From Macrostomum lignano (taxonomy: Eukaryota), in assembly GCA_002269645.1 (NCBI GenBank), contig NIVC01001057.1, positions 62,001 through 126,000 of the forward strand: a stretch of DNA of 64,000 bases, given 5' to 3'. Numbering within the stretch: the stretch's first letter is position 1; every line of letters starts with the position of its first letter. The position numbers and the translations under genes are program-made. The notes below the pieces were generated by a model. That model was not told where the DNA came from, made no database searches, and worked only from the letters and a program-made list of their open reading frames with translations. Shown here piece by piece: positions 1-12,355 of the stretch.

Positions 1-1039
1 ATAGATGCCAGATAGATGTCACATGAATGCCGGATAGATGCCAGATAGATGCCAGATAGATGCCAGATAGATGCCAGATAGATGCCAGATAGATGCCAGA
101 TAGACTCCGGATAGATGCCAGATAGATGTCACATGGATGCCGGATAGATGCCAGATAGATGCCAGATAGATGCCAGATAGATGCCAGATAGATGCCAGAT
201 AGATGCCGGATAGATGCCAGATAGATGTCACATGGATGCCGGATAGATGCCAGATAGATAGATGCCAGATAGATGCCAGATAGATGCCAGATAGATGCCA
301 GATAGATGCCAGATAGACTCCGGATAGATGCCAGATAGATGTCACATGGATGCCGGATAGATGCCAGATAGATGCCAGATAGATGCCAGATAGATGCCAG
401 ATAGATGCCAGATAGATGCCAGATAGATGCCAGATAGATGCCAGATAGACTCCGGATAGATGCCAGATAGATTCCAGATAGATGCCAGATAGATGCCAGA
501 TAGATGCCGGATAGATGCCATGCCAGATAGATGCCAGATAGATGCCGGATAGATGCCGGATAGATGCCGGATAGATGCCGGATAGATGCCTGATAGATTC
601 CAGATAGATGTCACATGGATGCCAGATAGATGCCGGATAGATGCCAGATAGATGCCGGATAGATGCCAGATAGATGTCACATGGATGCCAGATAGATGCC
701 GGATAGATGTCAGATAGATGCCAGATAGATGCCAGATAGATGCCGGATAGATGCCATGCCAGATAGATGCCAGATAGATGCCGGATAGATGCCGGATAGA
801 TGCCGGATAGATGCCGGATAGATGCCTGATAGATTCCAGATAGATGTCACATGGATGCCAGATAGATGCCGGATAGATACCAGATAGATGCCGGATAGAT
901 GCCAGATAGATGCCGGATAGATGCCAGATAGATGTCACATGGATGCCAGATAGATGCCGGATAGATGCCAGATAGATGCCGGATAGATGCCAGATAGATG
1001 CCAGATAGATGCCAGATAGATGCCGGATAGATGCCAGAT
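1..1039. repeat. Tandem repeat, 11-bp unit GCCAGATAGAT (runs off window start)
   Basis: Unit visible directly with variants GCCGGATAGAT and GTCACATGGAT; explains the 'SIWHLSGIY' pseudo-ORFs. Confidence 0.95.
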
Positions 1040-1309
1040 ACTCGTAGGCTGCAAGCCATGCAGCGGAGACCCGGGCAGAGGCGGTCTGAGCGCTTTGAAT
1101 AAAGGAAGGGTGGGCGCTGGGCGGACTTTGTCAAACTTGTCGCTGTCGCATAGGGGCTGCCGCAGCCCTCAGAGAGGTCGAAGGAGTAGCGGCGGGGATT
1201 TGATTAGAGCGGCAATTTTGGCTGTGAGAGGCGTGGGGAATGAAATTATCCCGGAGCTCTTGGAGTGCTCAGCTGCCCCTAATGCAATTTTCCTGCGTTG
1301 CACAGCTGG

Positions 1310-1918
1310 ACTCAGGTTCGGGTTCCCGATTTCAGATTCGGGTCCCCGATTTCAGATTCGAGTTCCCATTTTCAGATTCGGGTTCCTGATTTCAGATTCA
1401 AGTTCTCGATTTCGGATTCGGGTTCCTGATTTTGGATTCGGGTTTCCGATTTCAGATTCGGGTTCCTGATTTCAGATTCAAGTTCTCGATTTCGGATTCG
1501 GGTTCCCGATTTCAGATTCGGGTTTCCGATTTCAGATTCGGGTTTCCGATTTCAGATTCGGGTTTCCGATTTCAGATTCGGGTTTCCGATTTCAGATTCG
1601 GGTTTCCGATTTCAGATTCAGTTCCCGATTTCGGATTCGGGTTCTCGATTTCGGATTCGGGTTCCCGATTTCAGATTCGAGCTCCCGTTTTCAGATTCGA
1701 GTTCCCGTTTTCAGATTCAGGTTCTCAATTACGGATCCGGGTTCTCGATTTTGGATTCGGGTTCTCGATTTCGGGTTCGGGTTTCCGATTTCGGATTCGA
1801 GTTCCAGATTTCGGATTCGGTTCCCCATTTTGGATTCGGGTTCTCGATTTCGGATTCGGGTTCCCGATTTCAGATCCGGGTTCCTGATTTCAGATTCGGG
1901 TTCCCGATTTCTGATTCG
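1310..1918. repeat. Minisatellite, 20-bp unit TTCAGATTCGGGTTTCCGAT
   Basis: Period 20 seen directly, e.g. 1501-1620. Confidence 0.9.
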
Positions 1919-2165
1919 GTCCGCGGTCGGGAACCCAGCTTAATTAGCCACTTCATTAGCTGGACTGCGCTGACCAGGCTGCCGCTGAACTCTGATTAGC
2001 ACCTTGGGAAATCTGAGTGATTAGTCGGGAAATATTCGGTCAAACAGTCGATTGCAGGGGCTGCAGTCGCCGCAGAGTGTATTCTTCCGGCTCGGCAGGG
2101 CGGGCTGGGTGCTGCTCATAAAATCCGTGGGCTCGCGGTCATAAAGTGCTGCTTGCAATCACAAT

Positions 2166-2735
2166 GACAACCATGACCATCTCGTCACTAATCAGCAGGA
2201 TAATCATGACCATCTCATCATCAATCAGCAGGATAATCATGACCATCTCAACACTGATCAGCAGGATAATCATGACCATCTCATCATCAATCAGCTGGAT
2301 AATCATGACCATCTCAACACTGATCAGCAGGATAATCATGACCATCTCAACACTGATCAGCAGGATAATCATGACCATCTCAACACTGATCAGCAGGATA
2401 ATCATGACCATCTCGTCACTAATCAGCAGGATAATCATGACCATCTCAACACTGATCAGCAGGATAATCATGACCATCTCATCATCAATCAGCAGGATAA
2501 TCATGACCATCTCATCACCAATCAGCAGGATAATCATGACCATCTCGTCACTAATCAGCAGGTTAATCATGACCATCTCATCATCAATCAGCAGGATAAT
2601 CATGACCATCTCGTCACTAATCAGCAGGATAATCATGACCATCTCATAACCAATCAGCAGGATAATCATGAGCATTTCATCACCAATCAGCATGATAATC
2701 ATGACCATCTCATCACCAATCAGCAAGAAAATCAT
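2166..2735. repeat. Minisatellite, 33-bp unit ATCAGCAGGATAATCATGACCATCTCNNCANTA/G
   Basis: Period 33 seen directly; a multiple of 3, so it yields long hydrophobic pseudo-ORFs. Confidence 0.9.
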
Positions 2736-3269
2736 TTCCATAGCAACTCCAAGAGTTTTCAACATCCACTTGAGTGACTGCACCAAAGCATATTTACCCT
2801 GTGTCTCACAGCTCACGCAGCCTTCTCATGCCAATATCATTTACCCAGTCCAACAAAAATGCAGCAAATTGCTTTTTTCAATTTCTGCTAAAGCCCGGAC
2901 TTGCCGGCCACCCCCCGCTGCCCAGGTGTGTCAATCAATGCGGTCTGCGTGCCAAGCTCATTCCGGGTGCCCTTCCCTGTGGCAGCTCACGAGGTGAATC
3001 TCTGTTGAGCTGGGAGAAAAACTGCTCAAAATGGAAGTTGTGGAAAATGCCCTCCCAAAGCCGGGACAGCAAAGTTGGCTGTTGAGGAGCTGGGAAGATT
3101 CTGGCTGCTGGATGCTTCATCTGCCAGGCCGCCTCATCCAAGATTCAGCAATATTCTGCCACCTCTTTGCTGCTTTGGCAGGAAAAAGCAATGCTGCTTC
3201 TGCCCTTTATTTTATGACACTTTCAGATCTGAATGGAATGAGCTGTCTCACTTTAATGTGTTCTCCCTG

Positions 3270-4312
3270 AGAGTCTGAGAGAATCTCTCTGAAGTCTGGG
3301 ACAATCTCTCTGTGAGAGTCTGGGACAATCTCTCTGTGAGAGTCTGGGACAATCTCTGTGAGAGTCTGAGACAATTTCTGTGAGAGTCTGAGACAATTTC
3401 TGTGAGCGTCTGAGACAATTTCTGTGAGAGTCTGAGACAATCTCTCTGTGAGAGTCTGAGACAATCTCTGTGAGAGTCTGAGACAATCTCTCTGTGAGAG
3501 TCTGAGACAATCTCTCTGTGAGAGTCTGAGACAATCTCTGTGAGCGTCTGAGACAATTTCTGTGAGAGTCTGAGAAAATCTCTCTGTGAGAGTCTGAGAC
3601 AATCTCTCTGTGAGAGTCTGAGACAATCTCTGTGAGCGTCTGAGACAATTTCTGTGAGAGTCTGAGAAAATCTCTCTGTGAGAGTCTGAGCAATCTCTCT
3701 GTGAGAGTCTGAGACAATTTCTGTGAGAGTCTGAGACAATTTCTGTGAGAGTCTGAGACAATCTCTCTGTGAGAGTCTGAGACAATCTCTCTTAGAGCCT
3801 GAGACAATCTCTCTGTGAGTGTCTGAGACAGTCTCTGTGAGAGTCTGAGACAATCTCTCTGTGAGAGTCTGAGACAATCTCTCTGTGAGAGTCTGAGGCA
3901 ATCTCTATTAGAGTCTAAGACAATCTTTCTGTGAGAGTCTGAGACAATCTCTCTGTGAGAGTCTGAGACAATTTCTGTGAGAGTTTGAGACAATCTCTCT
4001 GTGAGAGTCTGAGACAATCTCTCTGTGAGAGTCTGAGGCAATCTCTATTAGAGTCTAAGACAATCTTTCTGTGAGAGTCTGAGACAATCTCTCTGTGAGA
4101 GTCTGAGACAATTTCTGTGAGAGTTTGAGACAATCTCTCTGTGAGAGTCTGAGAAAATCTCTCTGTGAGAGTCTGAGACAATTTCTGTGAGAGTCTGAGA
4201 CAATCTCTCTGAAGTCTGAGACAATCTCTCTGTGAGATTCTGAGACAATCTCTGTGAGAGTCTGGGACAATCTCTGTTAGGGTCTGGGCAACCTCTGTAA
4301 GAGTCTGAGAGA
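3270..4312. repeat. Minisatellite, 22-24-bp unit TCTGAGACAATCTCTCTGTGAGAG
   Basis: Repeated unit with a CT/TC dinucleotide length polymorphism. Confidence 0.92.
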
Positions 4313-4816
4313 CAGTTTAAGTCGCAAACAAAAAGGATTCAAATACTTTGATCTGCATTTTCACAATTGTTAGCAAATACCCGAACCAACTCTCATATAT
4401 TTGAATTGTGCCGCTTACCGGGGTGGGTGCAACAGGCAATTGCAGTGGGGTTGCGCAAAGCTAAAAATAGTATCTTAGGCATAAGCAGAAGCATTAAGTA
4501 TAATGTATCAATATTCATTGTCTGCCAAGGGGAATTTATGTTTTGTGACTGTCGCATCATCTGCTGCGGCGAGTGAAGCCGCAGTTTCTCCCTAGTCCGG
4601 TAGCTGGAGAAAATCGGCACCGGAGTCCTGCGCCAATTCTTGCATTTTTCTCTGCTTCTAAAAGCAGCTTAGGCCGGACTTGGACGCCCAGAAGTGCCGC
4701 GAGATGCGGCAGCAATTAATGATGCATGATGAGGCTGAGGATTCTGAGAGAGGAGCTGCCTGCCCGCCCTGCCAGAAGGTGAGCGCCTTGAATGGCCAGG
4801 GGCAGCTGTGGGAGCC

Positions 4817-5227
4817 CTCATCACTCTGGGCTGTACACCCTCACCACTCTGGCCTGTACACCCTCATCACTCTGGCCTGTACACCCTCATCACTCTGGCC
4901 TGTACACCCTCATCACTCTGGCCTGTACACCCTCATCACTCTGGCCTGTACACCCTCATCACTCTGGCCTGTACACCCTCATCATTCTGGCCTGTACACC
5001 CTCATCAATCTTGTACACCCTCATCAATCTTGTACACCCTCATCAATCTTGTACACCCTCATCAATCTTGTACACCCTCATCAATCTTGTACACCCTCAT
5101 CAATCTTGTACACCCCCATCAATCTTGTACACTCTATCAATCTTGTACACCCTCATCAATCTTGTACACCCCCATCAATCTTGTACACCCTATCAATCTT
5201 GTACACTCTATCAATCTTGTACACCCA
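4817..5227. repeat. Compound minisatellite: 23-bp CTGTACACCCTCATCACTCTGGC grading into 20-bp CTTGTACACCCTCATCAAT-type unit
   Basis: Unit switch near 4990; shared core GTACACCCTCATCA; lies just 3' of the GPCR stop. Confidence 0.9.
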
Positions 5228-5239
5228 TGCAGCCCAAAG

Positions 5240-8200
5240 TCAGTCAAAGTCGGTGCCCGAGCCGCCCGCGCCATCTAGCCGCTGCAGCTCGTAGGCCCTC
5301 CGACATGCCAAGCTCTCATCCTCCTCTTCGGCGCAGGAGCACCTCGCCTTCTGCTGCTGCTGCTGGCGACCCCGCCGGCTTCCCGAGGCTGCCCCGGCAG
5401 TCGAAGAATTTCTCTTCTGCTTGAGCGGCGCCTCGTTGCCGCTGGCGCCCTGGCTGCGCCGCCTTCGGCGCCGGCGCCAGCGGTCGCAGGGCCAGCAGAG
5501 GAGGTCGCGCAGGCTCTGCCGGAACTTCTTGCCGATGACGCAGTAGAGAATGAAGTTCAGGCAGGAGTTGATGAGCACCAGGAAGTTGGTGGCCACAATC
5601 AGCAGCTGCATCTGCTGCTGGTACTTCTCCGAGGGCCTGGCGACCGTCTCGATGATGGTGAGCAGCACGTTGGGCAGCATGAACAGGTAGAAGGACACCA
5701 CGATGGCCAGGGACACATAGGTCAGCTGCGCCTCCTTCTCCTGCCGGCGGGTCACCTGCGGAATGGAGCGAATGCCGCCTCTGGCGCTTCAGAGCCTGTG
5801 TACAGTTCTCAGCACCTGTGTCAGAGCCTGTGCACAGTTTTCAGCATGTGTCAGAGCCTGTGTACAATTGTCAGCACCTGTGTCAGAGCCTGTGTACAAT
5901 TGTCAGCACCTGTGTCAGAGCCTGTGTACAATTGTCAACAACAACAACAACAACAAAATACGCGGCCCCGCAAGCAAAGTCAGTTAGAGCAGGGCGCGTC
6001 AGATGGCGCGCCGCAGAGCCTGGGAGCGAACGAAATCCGCTCCGTTGGCAGTGTCGGGCGCCCCAGCGTCGCACAGCAGGCAGTCCACGTATCGACGGGT
6101 TCGGGCCTGACCCCGCCTGAACGGGCCCTGCAAGGTGAGCAGCAGGACGTCCTGAACGGGTTGGGGGCAGTAGCCCTCGGCCCGGATCACGTGGCCCGCC
6201 AGTTGGAGTCGCCGTCGGCGCAGGATGGTGGACGGGCGCTGCAGCTTGGCCCGATCGTACAGGGCCTCGGTCCCGACGCTCTCGTCAGCTCGAAAGGCCG
6301 CACGGAGCAGCCCTGAGTGCGCCGAGTCCAGCTGCCGCTCCAGCGTAGCCGTCAGCGTCCACGTCTCGGCGTTGTAGAGCAGGACGGTTTCGACCACCGC
6401 CTGCCACAGCCGAGCCCTCTGGCGGTCGGGCAGCGCTTCGGACTGGAGGACGGCTCGGATCGAACGAAAGGCCGCCCAGGCAAGTCCTCTGCGCCGCCGG
6501 AGGTCTTCTTCCACGTGGGGCACCAGACCGCCGAGGTAGGTGAACCGCTGGCAACGTGCGAGCCTGGTCGTCTGCCCGTCTGCGCCGCGGCATGTCAGGT
6601 CTGCTGGGATTTCGGCCGGCACAGTCAGCACCTCGGTCTTTAGCGTGTTGACAACCAGACCGACGCTCGATGCTACCTCGACCAACCTGTCGATCTGGCG
6701 CTGGGCGCCTCCAACAGACGAGGACAGGAGGGCGAGGTCGTCGGCGTAGCCAAGCACGCTTAGGCGCTTTTCGCCGTGGCGGCGACCGATGCGTCTGCGC
6801 AGCAGGAAGCCGTCATTAGCCGAGGGGAGTGCGGTCCGAAGCACCCAGTCCAGCAGCAGCACGAAGAGGAACGGCGCCAAGGTGTCTCCCTGCAGAACTC
6901 CTGATGAAGTGTCGAACAGGTCAGACAGGCCGTCCGCCGTCACCACAGCAGCTCGAGTATCGCAATACAGCGCCATGACAGCGTCGATTAGCTGCTGGGG
7001 CACCCGGTAGGCTCGAAGGACAAAGGGGAGAGCGGCTCTCAACACCGAGTCAAACGCCTTTCGGAAGTCAACGAAGACAATGATCAGCGTAGACTGGCGG
7101 ATGCGCACCTCCTCGATGACACGGCGGAGTGCGAGGATCTGTGTCACTGTACCGCGTTGCGGCCGGAATCCGTTCTGCTCGTACCGCAGGTACGGGTCCA
7201 GCACCGACTGCAGACGATCGAGCAGCAGCCGGTTGAAGAGCTTCGCGGTGCAGGACATCAGCGAGATCCCGCGGTGATTAATTGTCAGCAACTGTGTCAG
7301 AGCCTGTGTACAGTTGTCAGCACCTGTGTCAGAGCCTGTGCACAGTTGTCAGCATCTGTGTCAGTGTCAGAGCCTGTGTACAATTGTCAGCACCTGTGTC
7401 AGAGCCTGTGTACAATTGTCAGCACCTGTGTCAGAGCCTGTGTACAATTGTCAGCAACTGTGTCAGAGCCTGTGTACAGTTGTCAGCACCTGTGTCAGAG
7501 CCTGTGTACAATTGTCAGCACCTGTGTCAGAGCCTGTGTACAATTGTCAGCAACTGTGTCAGAGCCTGTGTACAGTTGTCAGCACCTGTGTCAGAGCCTG
7601 TGCACAGTTGTCAGCATCTGTGTCAGTGTCAGAGCCTGTGTACAATTGTCAGCACCTGTGTCAGAGCCTGTGTACAATTGTCAGCACCTGTGTCAGAGCC
7701 TGTGCACAGTAGTTTATTCGTGAAGTTGCAATCAACAATGTCTGAAAGTACTGAAAGTAGTTGTGCGCCAATCATTTCGTTGTCAGACCAGCCGCCTCTG
7801 TGGGAACATCAAACTATTTGTCTGCAATCTGCAAACTTGTTGCCACATGAAACTCCAGCTTTTCAGAAAGCAACTTGGACTGTCCTGCGCCCTGGAACCC
7901 CTGTCTGACGGATTTGCTATCCTAGCTGTCAGCAGTGATTAAGCACCTGTCAGCAGTTATTAAGCACCTGTCAGCAGTTATTAAGCACCTGTCAGTAGGG
8001 ATTTGGCACCTGTCATTAGTGATTAAGCACCTGTAATTAGCGACCTGCGATTACGCGCTGATTAAGAACCGGTCAGTAGTCATTAAGCACCTGTCAGCAG
8101 TGATTAAGCACCTGTCAGTAGTGATTAAGCACCTGTCAGTAGTGATTAAGCACCTGTCAGTAGTGATTAAGCACCTGTCAGTAGTGATTAAGCACCTGTC

Positions 8201-10525
8201 AGCAGTGATTAAGCACCTGTCAGTAGTGATTAAGCACCTGTAATTAGCGACCTGCGATTACGCGCTGATTAAGAACCGGTCAGTAGTCATTAAGCATCTG
8301 TCAGTAGTGATTCAGGCACCTGTCAGCGAATCCCAGTCTCTAAAAGACCCCCATTTCATCCAATCCAATGCGACTAAATTGACATCAAACTAAAATTGCA
8401 TTCGTAATTGACGCCAAAACTTACTAAATGCAGTTGTAATGAATCGATTCCCAAAAATGGTTTCAATGATGAATTTCATTCGTCCTGCTGTCTGCATCCC
8501 TCTCAGTCTGAGGCTTCTCCCGGATCTCAAGCGAACTTCAGTGCCGGCAACTCCGTCCCCGATGCGAGCGCCTTCTCGCAGCAGAATTCAATCAGAGCGC
8601 CGCTCTGAGTGGCACTCGTGCGAGTGGCCATTACTGATTTCTTGTCCGCTCGGCCCTCTTGGCAACTGGCTTTGGCCGCCATTTGCGGGCTCTCATCCGG
8701 CTTTTGGAGGCTCTGAACTGCCGACAGATTGACTGTCTGCGATGCAGGTCTCTAATGCCGTCATCCCTAATGCCATTCTCCCTAATGCCGTCATCCCTAA
8801 TGCCATTATCCCTAATGCCGTCATCCCTAATGCCATTATCCCTAATGCCGTCATCCCTAATGCCATTATCCCTAATGCCGTCATCCCTAATGCCATTATC
8901 CCTAATGCCGTCATCCCTAATGCCATTATCCCTAATGCCGTCATCCCTAATGCCATTATCCCTAATGCCGTCATCCCTAATGCCATTATCCCTAATGCCG
9001 TCATCCCTAATGCCACCATCCCTAATACCATCATTACTAATGCCATTATCCCAGAATATGGCAGTGTGACTAGCTGCCATTATCCCAGAATATGGCAGTG
9101 TGACTAGCTGCCATTATCCCAGAATATGGCAGTGTGACTAGCTGCCATTATCCCAGGATGTGGCAGTGTGACTAGCTGCCATTATCCCAGGATGTGGCAG
9201 TGTGACTAGCTGCCATTATCCCAGGATGTGGCAGTGTGACTAGCTGCCATTATCCCAGGATGTGGCAGTGTGACTAGCTGCCATTATCCCAGGATGTGGC
9301 AGTGTGACTAGCTGCCATTATCCCAGGATGTGGCAGTGTGACTAGCTGCCATCCCAGCCACCGAGAACCCGCCGCTGCGCACCTGCCACATGTTGATGCT
9401 CCTGCGCAGCGACCTGGCGATGCGGATGTTCATGAAGGTGATGGCCGTCACGGGGATGATGAAGTAGAACAGCGAGTACAGCACCCCGGAGTAGATCACC
9501 TCGTACAGCCCGGTTGCGGTGCCGTTGCCAGGCCGCTGCATCCACGGCGCCAGGACGTAGCCGGAGACGAGGACCTCGCAGCCGCTGCCGTTCGTCGGCC
9601 TGGCCCGGTAGCAGCCGAACTGCTCGGCCGAGTTGCGCACCAGCTGCGCCCGCTTCCACGCCTGACTGTCCGCCAGGTCATCCCCGATGGGGAAATCGAA
9701 CACCTCCAGCTCGAAGAACTTCGGCACATTGTAGGCCGCGCTGAGCAGCAGCACCAGGCCGATGTTGCGGTACACGGCGCGGCCGGCGGGCTTGCCGTTA
9801 GCCACCGACAGCGGCCGGCAGACGGCCTGGTAGCGCTCGAAGGACACCAGCAGGGTGATGTAGATGGAGGCCAGCTGCATGGTGAAGCACACGGGCAGCA
9901 GGTACTTCACCGTGCTGCCCCGGCTCAGGTAGCAGAAGTACAGCAGCAGGCTGGGCACCTGGCGGAGTCACGGTGATTTATTCAGTCATACCTGGTAATA
10001 CTCATAGAATCGCAGTCATACCTGGTAATACTCATAGAATCGCAGTCATACCTGGTAATACTCATAGAATCGTAGTCATACCTGGTAATACTCATAGAAT
10101 CGCAGTCATACCTGGTAATACTCATAGAATCGCAGTCATACCTGGTAATACTCATAGAATCGCAGTCATACCTGGTAATACTCATGGAATCGCAGTCATA
10201 CCTGGTAATACTCATAGAATCGCAGTCATACCTGGTAATACTCATAGAACAGGCTCAGCACGTTAATCACGAAGTTGCCCAGGATGAAGACGGCGTCAAC
10301 CACGCACAGGGCGGACAGGATGGTGAAGAGCGGGCAGCGGCGGTGCCGGTTGGCCCGCTGCAGCACAAAGACGGACAGCACGTTGCCGATGATGCCGAAG
10401 ATGGACAGGATGCCGGTGATGTAGAATGCCAGCACCGAGGTGGCCAGCTGGATGCTGTCTATGGCCGGAGCCGCAGTGAGCTTGTTGGCCAGGGACCAGT
10501 TGCTGGGCGGGCTGGTTGACTCCAT
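5240..10525 (-). CDS. Rhodopsin-class neuropeptide GPCR, FMRFamide-receptor-like, about 461 aa; coding exons 10525-10232, 9958-9383, 5755-5240
   Basis: Seven hydrophobic helices across three exons; TM1 GN motif (GIIGNVLS), TM3 ERY (SFERYQAVCRPL), TM4 YNVPKFFE, TM7 NSCLNFILYC. All junctions are GT-AG and phase 0 (YYQ|VPS, MWQ|VTR). A UTR acceptor lies at 10540-10541. Confidence 0.9.
5787..7709. repeat. 32-bp minisatellite TCAGAGCCTGTGTACAATTGTCAGCACCTGTG in GPCR intron 2, split by a LINE (5787-5937 and 7280-7709)
   Basis: The same unit is present on both sides of the retroelement. Confidence 0.92.
5938..7279 (-). mobile_element. 5'-truncated non-LTR retrotransposon (RTE-like clade), RT domain plus C-terminus
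   Basis: Open frame 7279-5999 with RT motifs NHRGISL, EQNGFR, FVDFRKAFDSV, GVLQGDTLAP, YADDL, YLG; short 3' UTR ending in a (TTG)n tail (5938-5957); AATTGTCA duplicated at 5930-5937 and 7280-7287 as the TSD. Confidence 0.92.
7925..8326. repeat. 21-bp minisatellite TGATTAAGCACCTGTCAGTAG with a duplicated interruption (higher-order structure)
   Basis: Unit seen directly; block CTGTAATTAGCGACCTGCGATTACGCGCTGATTAAGAACCGG occurs near 8031 and 8238. Confidence 0.9.
8752..9050. repeat. 15-bp/30-bp dimeric minisatellite CCTAATGCCGTCATC/CCTAATGCCATTATC
   Basis: Alternating 15-mers, each containing CCCTAA. Confidence 0.92.
9045..9356. repeat. 34-bp minisatellite GTGTGACTAGCTGCCATTATCCCAGGATGTGGCA
   Basis: Period 34; shares TGCCATTATCCC with the adjacent 15-mer array. 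Confidence 0.92.
9984..10249 (-). repeat. 30-bp minisatellite made of the GPCR exon-1 end plus donor (TTCTATGAGTATTACCAG|GTATGACTGCGA) x9
   Basis: CCTGGTAATA recurs at 9991, 10021, ... 10231; the first unit on the - strand is the coding end FYEYYQ. Confidence 0.95.
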
Positions 10526-10554
10526 GCGATTGTCAGCGGCTGTGGGTCAGTGGA

Positions 10555-10790
10555 GATAGTGCATAGCAACCACTTAGCAACTGCATACTAGCCACTTAGA
10601 AAGCGCATAGTAACCATTTAAAAACCGCGTAGTATCCACGTAGAAACAACATAGTAACGCCTAAGAAACTGCATAGTAACTGCTAAGAAACTGCATAACA
10701 ACTTAAAAACTGCATAGCAACGGCTTAGAAACCGCATAGCAACGGCTTAGAAACTGCATAGCAACCGCTAAAAAACGGCATAGAGACAGC
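10555..10790. repeat. Degenerate ~21-bp repeat (AAACTGCATAGCAAC-like)
   Basis: Recurring GCATAG(C/T)AAC motif with spacing near 21 bp. Confidence 0.6.
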
Positions 10791-11409
10791 TTAATAGCCA
10801 CTGAATGCGGCAAGGCGACAGTCCTTGGCAAATGCATGCAGCTCATTAGTTTTGCTTGAGCATGCGAAATCATTAAGAAGTGGACAAACAACTTTTCTCT
10901 TCTTTGTTAGGAACTTCTATTTTCTTTTGAACTCATCTCTTTTTCTCCCCTGTTTCCCTAGCCCGGCCCGATTCAGACTAATTTCTCATTGCAAGCGGCA
11001 AAGTGCGGGGCGATTCAGCCGAGGCCCTGGCATCGACAGCCCCGTCAGCTCTGACAGCCGCCCACTCCTCCTGCCTTGGCCAGCCTCGGATGAAATTGCA
11101 CCTGGGGGCTCGCGCGGCAGACAGGGATTTTCCCAGCCTCCGCGCCCCGGCTGATGAAGCATCCGGAATCCTATGGATACGCAGACCAGCTGCTCCAGCT
11201 GATGTTAGCGGGGGGAGGTGCGCAAAATAAAATCCTCTTTTGCCAAAGTAGTTTTAATTGGGCATCATCAAATGCTTTGCGGATGCTGGGCAAGAAGTTT
11301 TGGAGGCTGGCTGATGCAGCAGCGGCTGATGGCTTGCCCCGAATCGCTCATACAATCAATCATTGCCTATGATAGGATTATCAGCACTGAGGTCAGATGA
11401 GGGGATGTT

Positions 11410-11625
11410 AAGGTGCAGCTGAGTTGCATCTAAGGGGCAGCTGAGATGCAGCTAAGGGGCAGCTGAGGTGCAGCTGAAGGGCAGCTGAGGTGCAGCTGAG
11501 GTGTAGCTGAGGTGCAGCTGAAGGGCAGCTGAGGGGCAGCTGAGGGGCAGCTGAGGGGCAGCTGAGGTGCAGCTGAAGGGCAGCTGAGGGGCAGCTGAGG
11601 GGCAGCTGAGGGGCAGCTGAGGTGT
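11410..11625. repeat. 11-bp minisatellite GCAGCTGAGGG/T (a CAGCTG E-box in each unit)
   Basis: Seen directly. Confidence 0.88.
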
Positions 11626-11872
11626 GGGTGCAAGAACAAGCTCAATTGAAAATCCTGAAAGCGCTGCAAGCAGCTCGCGGCCGCTCTTGCACAAAAAATC
11701 TGCACTTCTTCCACCTCCCCCACCACCACCGGTGTAAAATCTCAGAAGGCTTCTGCGGCAATTTCCTGGCAAGCAGCCACCCCGCCTGGAGAAAGCCAAC
11801 ACGGGCCGGTCCCGCTTCCCCCTTTTGCTCCCGCCCATTTCTCCCCCTGCTAGCAGCTCAGCCTTCACTCAC

Positions 11873-12130
11873 TTGGCGCCCTCGGTTTGCTCGGAAGTGT
11901 CGCGTCCACCTGTCGGGTCCTCAAGCGGCGGGAGCAGAAATCGACGGCAAGATCGGCTCGGAAAACGCAGCGGACCGAGTCCTCAGCCTTGTCTTCCTCC
12001 TCCTCTTGTTCTGCTTTTTCTGCTTCCTTCTTCTTTCTCGCCGTGGCACAGTTTAAATTATTCAAGTCTCGGGGGCTGCTGCACTTGCCTGGCCCGGCCG
12101 CCATTGGCCAGGAGCCGCCAGCCAATCAGA
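11873..12130 (-). promoter_or_regulatory. Candidate GPCR 5' non-coding exon (donor GTGAGT at 11872-11867) and CCAAT-containing promoter
   Basis: Strong donor on the - strand upstream of the UTR acceptor at 10540; CCAAT/ATTGG motifs near 12103-12128. Inference only. Confidence 0.3.
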
Positions 12131-12258
12131 TGCGGCCGCCCTAATCAACACTAACGGGGCCGCCTCGCTTTGGCAACTGGCAAGTTTAAGTCGCTCGAGA
12201 GCAGGCCGAATCAGCTGGCCCAGATAAGCCCGGCACAGGCATCTTTGAGCTGAGCAGC

Positions 12259-12259
<1 letters not shown>

Positions 12260-12352
<93 letters not shown>
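12260..12352. repeat. (CT)n microsatellite
   Basis: Perfect dinucleotide run. Confidence 0.98.

Positions 12353-12355
<3 letters not shown>

Noticed and set aside
1-4312. Long ORFs of 100-260 aa (SIWHLSGIY, FRFGFPISD, MVMIILLISDE, SQTLTERL repeats)
   Set aside because: Translations of stop-free minisatellite units, open in several frames and on both strands; no splice context or domain.
8631-9107. Collagen-like GIRDDGIRDN / VIPNAIIPNA ORFs
   Set aside because: Products of the 15/30-bp intronic array inside GPCR intron 2.
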